Both the position numbers and the translations under genes were made by a program. Positions 25,401 through 37,400 of a stretch of DNA of 64,000 nt are shown in pieces. The stretch's first letter is position 1. Each line of letters begins with the position of its first letter. The stretch is from positions 11,374,552-11,438,551 of the forward strand of contig CM082584.2 in NCBI GenBank assembly GCA_040954595.2, in the 5' to 3' direction. This DNA comes from Balanoglossus misakiensis (lineage: Eukaryota; Animalia; Hemichordata). The notes beneath the pieces are model-generated. The model did not search any database. It saw nothing but the letters and a program-made list of their open reading frames with translations, and was not told where the DNA came from.

Positions 25401-28400
25401 CACACTCCCGGAAAAATGAGAGAATGCCGGACTTGTGGAAAGTCCTGGTATTATAAGCAACTTGAAAGTGTACAAGCTTGTCAGCTCTTATAGGATAGAA
25501 ACAAACACATCAGGACATAAGTGCAGTTGATGTAAATAACGTGAGCTGCTTTTACGTCAGGGATGCATGGTGCTGATAGAGTTTACTGCAGTGACATTAG
25601 AGAAACTGCATTGGCCTTGCATTGCTGAGATAATGCCGATGACAGGAAGTGTCAGTGCTGAGTTAAATTAAACAAATTTTCCGGCAAATGCCAGGGATTC
25701 TCGGAACAGTATCGTTCTCTGGTGTGTTGCTGTTGTTGATATTGATCGCTGTTGAAATTAATAAAAAAAGCTCCCAGTGGATGAGTCATATGCTACATGT
25801 TTAGGAAGGAACATTCTCGACTTGCCGTCATTTCAGTTTCATTGATGCAAATATGGCCAATCTTGATATTATTCTAACCTCAGTGTCATTTAAGTAAGTT
25901 GATTTGTAAAATAAGTATTAAATTATCCACTGCAATAGTGCCATTGTTGTATTCTCTATTCATTACAGCAGATTGTAGAATTAGTGTTATAGTCATTTGA
26001 ATAATAGCCAGTTACCTGCCAGTTGCCTCGAGGCCATTTTGTCGCTACAACTAGAATCAGCTAACTGGCAACAGATCTGAGCTAAGAGAATTTAAATTTT
26101 GAATTAAATAGAGTTAAAGATGCTTAAACAGATGTTCAGTTGTCCAAAAGAACCATATGTAATGGTGATGTATGTTTGACTGTTGTACAAGACATATCAT
26201 GTTGTACTACACGATGATAATTTATATAAGAAGCTTGCCAGACCAGTCGGCTGGGCCATACTAGTAGATACTTCCAATTACTCATAAGATATACGACCGT
26301 TGCGTGATATACGTCCATGTTTGAGTCGTTCATTGATTCATTGGCAATTAACAGCTGCATGGAGCAGTGGTCATTCAACAAAGTAGAGTTTAAACCTCAT
26401 TTATTCACACTGTGAGACGTGTTCAGTAATTTATTATACAGGACTGTAAGTCGGTAGCATACAGGACCATTGTTTCCTGCTGGAAAGTCTGCAAGTCTGG
26501 ATGAGCTCTTGGCTAACCCAGCCTGGCGTTATTCTGCCAAGCCAAGCCTAGGTTTGCTAAGCTTGGCAGGATGAGGTCACTGGTGTTTGAGAACACATTG
26601 AGGGGCTGTGAGAGAGTCCAGTGCCCAAATACACTGCCACACCCACATTACCATCACACCCATCACTCGAAAGATTGTCTTCACAAGCAGGACGCCACCT
26701 TCTATACACACATGCCCACCTACACACTGGCAAACACAGCATTTGCATCTTTGACCCAAATTGTCGACACACATTCTCGGACAACTCCAATCCACACAGG
26801 ACAGTGCAATCTGAATCCCAGACACCTTGAAGCCCTTAGTCCACTCGCATGTACGAAATGAAGGTCAGTCTCCCAGGGTGCACTAGGCCTATGGTCATAC
26901 ACATATGCTCAGATATAAACGTCAGTATTTTTGCTACGGTTGGGAACATTGGTAAATGGGAGCCCTGGTAACACTTCTGCTACGCATTAATACAATTGCA
27001 TCGATATAGCGAAGAAACCCTGGTAAAATGACCGGAGACCCTGGTAAAATTTACCTGGGTACCCCCTTTAACAAAACACAGCATGTACATACATCCATGT
27101 GTGTATGTACTTCTAAATGCATTTGTACTGTTACCCAGGGTTCGTCACTCACATATGCCATGTGTAATTGATGGGATGTGACCAAACTTTCAAGTAGTAT
27201 TGCCCAAAGAGAACCCATAGTAATAACCTGGCTACCATATCTGCTGTGTGCTTTTCATCTTAAATATTGATACGCAGTAAATGTTGACATTTTCTGTTGC
27301 AAAATGAATTATTGACAGTTTGACATACAAAAAACCAGACTGCCGCCCTGTTTCATTTACTAATAAATTATACAGTGTGTGTATGCAAGAAGAAGCAATT
27401 TATTGTCAATTACAGGTGTTTGTGTGTAGATATTAATTGTTCGGGTAATCACCAACATAAAGTGATGATTGAGTTTTTCATGAAATTGATGAGAATCTGA
27501 CAACTGTTGAATATCTTGAAGTGAAATCAAACAATGGCGCACAAAAATAAAATGTTTTAATATCCGTGTTATAGGTGTACAGTCAAGTAATTATTCCCAA
27601 AGTCACTATAATTAAACACAGTCCCGAGAGTCTAAAAGTATTGTAGAAATGGAGTTAATTTCATTGGAAGTATCAAATGTTTGAAAAACCAATTCAAAAA
27701 GCTAACAGACCATAGCCAATATCTCTAATGAAATATTTTTCATTTTCGGGCTTTTGGAAATGTCACGATAATTGAATGGTGGTGGGACTATGCACTGTAA
27801 AAAGACTCTTAATAGTGGGTGGGGTTGTTGTAATTGATAGTAGATGGAAATCAGACTGTTTCAAAGAAGTATGTTTGCTCCAACTAACTTCAGAAGGGTT
27901 TTCTTGTCTTGAATTAATACCCCCTAACTTGGTCACTTTTGTGTGATATTTTCTGTAAGCTCCCTAGCTTTGTCAATTTCCTCCAAACATGCAAGTTGCA
28001 CTGCCAGTGCCAGTAAAGAAAGATTACCTGAACCCATCAGTGAGACAGTCGTAACTCATAGTTTATTTATGATCAAGCATATCAGCCTATATCTGAGAAC
28101 ACAGCCAATCGCAGTGGACTGAAATTGACCAGAAAATTCTTTGACAAGCAAGAAAAAACAATAAATGGAAGTGGAATGAATTCGAATTGATTCACTGCGT
28201 CATTTTTTCCCTCAAGTTTTCTTTTCTTCTGAAATAATGAAAGGGGAATATTGATTTTGATATTGGCTGCCATTGAAGTGCTTGAATAGTTGCTGATTAT
28301 TTGAATTGTGTCATTCATTCAGTGAATGAGTTTGCACTTGCTGGAAGAATATCAGAGTGAAAGCCTGTGTTCTTTCCATATAATTGAGATTGAGCGAAAA

Positions 28401-31400
28401 CTTATCTTTTATGGGCATCATTACAGATGTTGATTTTTTTCGCCATTCACTTCTTGTGTGTCGGCAGCTATTCACAAGAGCTAGAAAGATGAGAATGGTG
28501 TTCAATGAATGAAATGGATTTTGAAAAGTAACAGAAAGTGCACTCAAACGTCCATTTCGAATGAACAGCATTACTGTAAACTCTTCTTCAATTTAAGTGA
28601 AGACTCTAAAAGACACAGTTATGTGTACTAATGTCCAATTATTGCCAAAGCTTGCGGTGTTTCTTGAGACTGTCATGTTCAGGGTGTAGGTTTACTACGT
28701 ACGCGTTCTGTCTTGCATATACAGTACAGACCAGAAAGATGTTTCCAACAGAGTCAGCCTTGGGCTAACCAAAGGTTGTCTTGAGTATGTGCTCATCGTA
28801 ATTAGACCAAAACAATAAAATATACACCCTTGGGCCATAAAACCGTAAATGTTCACCCCTGTGTTGCCATGGATATGGATATAAATGGATTTTTCGTGAT
28901 TTATACGCCGGATTCTGAACAGTTCACTCGGAGAAAGAGGAAGCCCGGACGCTCACTGCGCACTTTCAACAGTTCCGGATTAGATCTAGATGATTTTCAT
29001 CTAAAGCGTCCGCGGTAAGTGATGAGCCTCCGAGTGAATTAATGGACTCTGGAGCAGCATGTTCAAATTAAAAGCTGCTGTGGGACCATGTATTACGGCC
29101 TCATCGACAGAACCTCTAATCCCGCAGTACAGCAGTGTTAAACCAAAGGACATCAGGGCCACCATATATCAAGTTAAAGCGATTATATATGGCAAAACAT
29201 GGAAATGCGTATAAACTTTTGGAATTGGTTTTCTATTTTATGAATGTGAACGTTAGATGAGGATATGTCATTGAACTTTAATTGAATTTTGATGCACAGT
29301 GTAGAGTATACATGTACAGAACCAGATGTATGATGTGTTGATAACTAGCTGACATTTGCCGCATAAAACGCCGAAATTGTGAGAAGACAATGCACGCCAA
29401 GAAGTCCTTCAGTTCTGTTGAGCATCGGTAAATAGCACAGACATATGTTAGGCATGTAAATGCAGATGAAAAGTTAGATAATGGCAAGAATTGGCTGTCA
29501 GTTAGAGTAACCACCCAGGACGCTCAGTCATGTCTGCTGTGGGGATGTTATTACATTGTCCTTGTTTGCGAATTACACTAGGCATGTCAATCAAGGTACA
29601 TTTAACAACGGCAGCCTTCGTTTAGGTTCCACTGTATATGTAGCGCACATCAAATATGCTTGCTTTCTTTCCTCTCTCCCTCTCTCTTCCTTCTCAGTCC
29701 ACTCGAGACTGTGTATGCACTCATGAAATCTTTGATTGCATCTCTCTGTAAGTATTTACAAGATTCTAGGGATAAAACCGGCCTAAGATCATAGCAGCTT
29801 GATAGTCACCATGGTAACCCCTGTCACAGCAGTTACCATGACTACCATAATTCATATTTCACTGTCATGATCCTCGCAACACATGAAAACACAGGAAAAT
29901 AATCAGACTTTAATTTCGAACGCACATTGTCTGGCCATGAGGGCTATAGCACCCGTTTATTACCCCCTTCGGACTGTGAGTTCCCGGAATAACATGCAAT
30001 TCTGGGAACTCGGACACAAGGGGTAATAAACAAGTGCTATAGTTCCTGTGCGACCGCTACTTGTATTCATTATATTGTCATTAGACATCAAATATATTGA
30101 TATAAAACCAAGCATAAAGTTATTTATAGACTTGTAATGAAATATGAGAGGATGAGAAATTGCCCACCAGACTCCAGTCCCCCCTTACCTCCCCCTAACA
30201 CCAATGGTTTCTTCTCAAGATTAGTGGACATCTCTCAAGGGATTCATACAATCCCTGTAATGGGCACACTAACACTAGAAACTGCTAGGGATGCTTTCTG
30301 GTATCAATTCGGAAATATTTCCCATAAAGGGAGGCCACCTATTTTCCCGGAAGCGAACTCTGGTAAGGTTATCAGTGCTCTACAGTAATTGTGATTTATA
30401 GCAAATCCCTGATTGTTCTTTATATTAGTTAATAATAATGATGATGTGTGTCTGTTGAAGGCAGTTGTTTAGTACTCGCAGTATTGATTTTGATACAAAC
30501 TCGTCTCGAAGTAGAGTGGGTCTCTGGGCATCGCCAACAGTCATCTTCTAACTCAGTGTACTACGTGTGCAGATGGTCAATGGAAACCAACCTCAATTTC
30601 TGCGTAAATCTCAAGTCAATTTCCTGTATGTTTTCTCTCCGCTGAAAATAAAGTCAACACTAAAATACATATTGAAATACATAAAGCATTGAATTTCTTG
30701 TCTGTAGTTGTCAGGTGTACCGCAAATCAGTCATTTCACCATTATAATCCACGTATTCATACTGAAAATTACTCACTATGGTGATATTTAAACTATTGTA
30801 AAATTTAACTCTGATTTCACTTTCCTTTTTGCTAACACCCCTACACATGTAATGATAAAAATTATGTTGTTACGTGCTTTCTTGTACATCCTGGCAGGAG
30901 GGACACTGATTTCTATATTTTTTGCAATGTCTCTGCGTATCGGTTGACCTTAGGTGGCACTCAGCATCAGGCTGTTATCTGGGCTCCAAGACAGGAAAGG
31001 CTGCCTCACGCAAGATTAACTTAATAGCTTTGAATGCATATGGACTGTTGGGTGCAAGACTTTTGTCTGCATGAAGCGCTAACTTAGCGTTAATGGCCCA
31101 GTTGTCGCTGCCATGCCCAAAAAAACAGGAATACCTGATTTAATATCGCCACATTGCGGCCTTTTTATCGCTCGGCGCACGTTTCCACCGCGAGACCTGT
31201 CGTTATTAATATGGAAATGAGGTCTGGAAGCGGAAGCAATTTCTGGTTTCCATGGTTGCCATTCAGAAGCAGGTGGATGTGAAATAAAATAAGGAAAGCA
31301 ATCTATTTCACTGTTGCCAGTTGTGTTTATGTTAAATTACCTGCGCCGAGGTATTATAAAAAAATGGATTGTCAACAAGCCCCGCGCAGACACCTGGCCC

Positions 31401-34400
31401 CAACGTCTGTGCCTGGCAACAGATCCTGAAGGAAGTGTGTTTCTAAAAGTGAGAGGAAAAAACTGCTCGCAACCACTGCGTACGTCCATATGGCGCCTCT
31501 ATTCAGGATTTGCATTGTGCAAAACATATAGGTTTCTATGTTTGGAGGGCACAGCGAAACATTAAAACGTTCCATGAGCAACTGTTGACAGACAGAATGT
31601 AGAATTAGCACACATGATTTTTGGCAGAGCTATCACATTGATCTCCCTTAAAACGAAATTGTCGCACCGACTTGGCCTGTCAAATGTGTCTTCCATTACC
31701 ACTTAACATCTGTAATGCACATTGCCGACAATTCGATGGAATGGACTTGTAGCCTGGTAATCCCATATACGAACAGCATTGGCCACCCATCACAGTGTGT
31801 TACACATAAACAAGATTGCAGCATTGCATTGTTACCAGATTGCAAAACACTGCCGTGCTTCTCATGGATTTATATGTCTTCTCTTCATCACACAAAAATG
31901 GTCGACATATGTCATCGCTGATGTTGCCAACCAAAATGACATCGTAGAAGGACCTCTGAACTTTATAAGGACAATTATTTTCGCAACGCCGCAATCCGAT
32001 GTCCTGATTGATATTCACACTAAATTGATTTCTGCGAGACAGCATTCTTTAGGTGTTTCATTCTGAACGAGCTTCCCTAGCACACACCTCCCGTATACAC
32101 AAATCATTCTGCTTGTGTAATCCCCCGAGAGACGCCGATGTCACAAATTGAAATCATAGCTGTATGTTACACCGCTTGGCTGTCATCGCAGCGTCCGTTC
32201 CGTGCATAAGTTGTGATTTCCATTATCAACATGTAACATTCCATGTACATGTGCCAACACCACCTATTGAGTACCCTAAACATCGGAACTATCCGAAACA
32301 TGTCGTGGAAAATATTTCTTACAAGATAGAAATTATGAGAGCAGTCATTTTGAATTTCAATACAGCTCTGAGCTGGCATGACTAATTAAAGGGGAAGTTC
32401 GGTCGAGCTGATTTCTACATAGAAATAGAATGTGTATGTTCCTGAGTGTGAACATGTGTGTGATGAGGAATGTCAGATCAGTGTTTTTGAAAATGTCTTT
32501 TCCATTTGATTGGTTCATTTTGTTGGTTTCCAGTGATTGTGTGTATCAGTCTGCATATAGACCTGTGGGAGTGTTGGAAAGAGGTGTGTTGTGTGATATT
32601 GACTTCGAGAGGATGTCAATAATTGGTCTGTTTGTGTTTACATGTATGTATGTCTGCCTGTGTGTATTTATTTGTTTGTGTGTGTAAGGGTGAGTGGGTG
32701 TAACTTATGCTGACATGTCAGAATCATCACGTATAAGTTTACATGCTCAAGCTTACTTACCTCAACCCAGCTTTATCCCTGTCTTTGCACACGCTGTATT
32801 ATATTCCTCCCACTTCTAAACTCTATCGTTCTCTCTGTACATCTTTCACATTGACTCGCTTTCTTTCACGTGGCAATTTACAGGTTTGAGAACTTTGGCA
32901 CAGTTGCCAAAGAAGTGGCCTGAAACATACATTGGAAAATAACCAGTTTCTTTTCTAAAGACACACAGTATAAAGGAAATTAGTAATTTTGTATCACAGG
33001 ACAACCCATGACTTAATGAATTCAATAAAATAAACAAGTGGGGCAGGTGGATAGCGAAAGGAAAAGTTTTCATGTATACTGATGTCTCTTGAACTATTTG
33101 TGCTTTTATTCTTGCAGGATATTACTTGGTCTTATTAAAGGTATACAGTCACCTCCAATCCAATTTACATACGCCCATATATGGCTGAAATGGCGTATCT
33201 GAACATACAGTGGTCCTCTTTTTTGCATGTGCCACCCACTAAAAATATGTAATTGGCTAGATGTCAACTTGCCATGGAAACTAGCTAAATTTGCTTAGGT
33301 GACTGTATACCTTTAATCGTTGTGTAGGACTATGTTGTTAATACTAATGTTCAAGTTGGTTTCCATTCTCTTGTGGTTGTTTTCTTGTAGAGGGGTTCTG
33401 ATGAACTGATACCTCAGAGCACCGGACAGAATGGAGCCACAGCTTTGGCCAATGCAGTAGCAGCCAGTCCCACAGGGACCATATCACCAACCAATTCCAA
33501 TGATGCCAAAAAGGTGAGTGCTTCCTTCTCTAAAATTAATCAGCTATGTAAAATGTGGATAGTATCCAGGGGGTGTACACATATTGTTTCAGATAAAGGT
33601 ATACGGCTGAATGCAAGGTAATTTTGTGAAATTTCAAATTGACTTGAAAATTTTCAAAAATCATACCTGTTGATGGGCATGTCAATAGGGGTGAATCCCC
33701 CATCCCCTTGTCTGGATGAAACACTGAAAATGCATTAGGATTGGTATCATAGCCTGCTTGTTGCAATATGATCACACTCATTGCCAGGCATTAGTGCGTG
33801 CCATGGTTTCTTTTTTTGCAGTCTTCCAACAGGATAAACAGAGTAAATTCAGTGTTAGTGATCTCTCTGAGCACCGGGTAATCGCTGTATGATGGCAACT
33901 CGTTCGGAAGGCCGGAAGATACCTAGACATTCTGAAAAAGAGATGAACCTTGAGATTAGTCTAGAGAGGAGGGGGGATGCGAGGCATTTGTTGAAGATAC
34001 CAGTTTAACCAGATCATGGAGATGCATAGTAAATCACAGTGTTTCTCAATCGCCAGAGATATGGAAGAGAGAAATAAAAACACTGTGGAGGTTTAGGCTT
34101 CATCCCGGCCAAATCCACAACATGCCATCATCTCAGCCAAATTTGTATTCCACATCTTAACCAGTGAAATTAGTATTAAACTGATGACACATGACTTGAT
34201 GAACAAGAATACATGTATCAAAAATGCATAGATGCATTTATTCATTCTCGCTCTGCACACCCTCGGAGCAAGCTGCCATGGCAACGCTTAACAATCACCA
34301 CGCTTGATACTCCGTCTTCTGCTTGACATTTTAATCTGTTGATTTCTCCTGAATCTTTCATTGCTGTCTTTTCATGTTTTTTTGCCTCTTTTTCTGCTGC

Positions 34401-37400
34401 TCTTTGTTTATCAACCTCTCTTTCTCTGATCCCAGGTTTTCATTCACGTATACTGTGAGTGTACATTTATAGTGTAGTGTGCATATGTGTGTGTCGGTCG
34501 TTCCGTCTGTACGTCCGTCTGTCTGTCTGTCGTTACTGTCCTCTTTCTGTGATGCATGTAGTCTGCTGCTTGTAGATGGCTAACTGAGTGTTGTGAAATA
34601 AAAGAAGAAAGCTTCGCATATTAGAGTAACCTTTTGCTGCAATGGTTTGGTCCAAAATCCATTGTTCAGTATGGTCATTTTGGACTTTTACAGAGGGAAG
34701 TGGGGGAGAGAGTGAAGAGGTGAAACAAGCAGGTGCATTTATGCTCGCGTGCGCGCGCACACACACGCACACACACACACACACTTGTTAATTTGTACAT
34801 GCAAATATAAAAGCACCACATATATTTGAATAAGTCAAATAACCTGAAATCTGGCTGCCATATTGAATTTCACCCGAACGGGTCCATATTTGGATAGATA
34901 TTCTAAAAATATCTGAGAGGAGGAATCTGAACGTGGGACGGTCGACACAGCTGACACTGTGACAGCCTTTTCAATGAAGATGACACGCAGCAATTACACT
35001 GAATTAAAACCTCTTCTGCCTTTTGACAAGGAGGGTGGGGCCATCTGCTTTTCATAATGCTGTTTTCAGTGCAATGTTTAAAATTAGCACGGCCTAGCAA
35101 AAGTCAGTATGATTCATGAGAGGGGAAAGAAAAATAGATAAATGTGTCAGAGCAATGATTTGTTGTAGTCTCTGCAAAATTTTATTTCACTTGGAAGGCA
35201 GTCTGCAGTCTATATTAAAGCCGCGTTGGGAGTCATCTGCTGACAAAAATTGCGAGTTTTGGTTTGGTGAAATCTCCTGGAAAATAATTTCCCTTCTTTA
35301 ATTAAAACACAGAAAAGCAAAATAAAAATGCCGTCATTGAAGGTGTCACAAATTGATCATTATCCTGGGCAGCAGACCCTGACAAATATGGAATCTCATA
35401 ATTATAATATATGTATGATTGGATTTGCAGTATATACAGATCAGAGTGTAGATAATAATGACTTCATAAATGAGTAAATGAATTCATTGATAGAGTAAAT
35501 ACTGCTGCGTTGACATTATCAGCCTTTTATTTTAGGGCAACCATAGAAACCGTATATTTGACAATCCAATCTCTCCTTTTATCGAGCACGTTTTTCACAT
35601 ATCCTTGGCCCCAATCATCCCTGATTTCATTCAGATTGTTTTAATCCAGCTCAGCACTGTTAGTGACATCAATATCGATCTTATTCCCAGTTTCAATGTT
35701 TACATTCTGGCTTGAAAACCTACAGAGTAGCAGCTTGCTTGTTGCAAACATGCGTGGGAGTCACTAATTGCAGTGATCACCGCGTCTATTGATTTCAGTT
35801 TAGGTACCTTTCCACGTATAAATATTTATTTGCCATTACTGCTGGGTAAACGATATCGAAAGGCAATGGGCTCCTATGGCTGGCTACCTGTGCCCTTGAC
35901 ATTAAACTGTGTCTATTTGAGAACATAAATTGTCCATTCTCTCATTTGGGTCGTTAGTGTAGTTCAAGCTTGTGGATATTACAGTTTCATGGAACGTACT
36001 GAAAAGAACAACATCCCTGTTTTAATAGAGGTCAAAGGTCAACACGCTCATATTGCATTCCAGTTTCTATTTTTAAAACAATGACAGAACCTCGCTTCGT
36101 TTTAATGCTTAGTGCATGAAATGTTTCCAAGAATTGGTTGACTAGCAAGCATGCAGGTGCCAAGTTGTTGGTTGCAACAAATTTTCTCGGATAATTCTGC
36201 AAACAGTCTGTATAATATTGCTGCTACCTTTGCGTGACTATTTGCTTTGCACTACTGAATGGTTCTTGCTATTAGGTGTGGCAAGGTGAATGAACGCATG
36301 CAGATGTGCACACATCTAAATTTAGATTCAGCAAATTAAACATACCTGGTTCTGTTTTGATCAGAAATATTCAGTCCAAACATTAAAGACCCAATAGCTG
36401 CTACTTTATTTTTGCATTATTTTCATGATTTTACTTTAAACGTAGATTGTCCATTTAAACGATGGGTATATGTACACAAACCTAATATTAACCTCTCAAA
36501 CAATTGGGAAGATGTGTAGCTTGATAAGTTTCAGTTGTAGATCCTGGGGAGTTGTCCTGTGACCCTGAGTTTGACCTTGTTTTACAAAGTTAGGAAGCAC
36601 TTAGTGCAGATGGAATGATGGAGAGAAAAGAGATTGCTAATGTTATTTTATCACAGACAGTTTGCCAGGCAATGTATAAAATATCATCTTTCACTGGGAC
36701 ACATGCAGTTTAAAAGCAGCTATGCCTGGGTCGTGACACTGCAAGTGCAACTGTATACGGTGTAAAATTTCACCGCAGTTGCCTGTGTCTGCTTGCTGAA
36801 AGTGCTATGAAAGCAAATGGCAGTGTTCTGTTGCCATGGATGCAAGGAGGCAGGGGGCAATCGGAAGACATCGCCCGACGAGAGAAGAAAAAGCCGTTCT
36901 CTGTCGCGTTTGTTCGGTGGCTACAAATTGGATGGTAGTCAGCTAAGCGGCTTCACTGTTCAAAAGTTAATAGTCGCAGTGAATCGTTATAGCAACAGTG
37001 AGCTATCTTACGGAAGCAATGGCCGACCATCAAAGTTGAACTTTTAGAAATTGACGGTTGAGGACAGCTGCTGCGGTATAACCTCAGCGTGCAGCTCTTT
37101 CTTTTCTCCCGACTGTCGCCGCCGCTGCTGCGAATATTTATATCCTGATGAAACTGTCAGCTGGCTGGAGAGTCATTAGTCAATTTCAGAGGTGTTGCAG
37201 CTGTTATTAAACAGAGTTCTGTCACCTCAGAGAAGAATGTCCGATGTCAGTTATTCGGCGATGACTTTTTGTTTTGCTATGAGGATGCTCAGTTGAGACT
37301 GAAATGTTATCACCCGTGTACTATCTAATGAGAAGTGACACAGACAACTGCAGGTTATTTGCAAAAGTATCCACCATCAAAATATAAGAAACACAATCTG

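Noticed and set aside
26923-27080. Element with three CCCTGGTAAA repeats and loose inverted ends
   Set aside because: Probably a decayed MITE, but the termini are too degenerate and it is single-copy here.
33118-33140. 23-nt pseudo-exon using a donor inside the MITE terminus
   Set aside because: The donor GTATAC is weak and MITE-derived; every junction combination tested gives a stop or frameshift.
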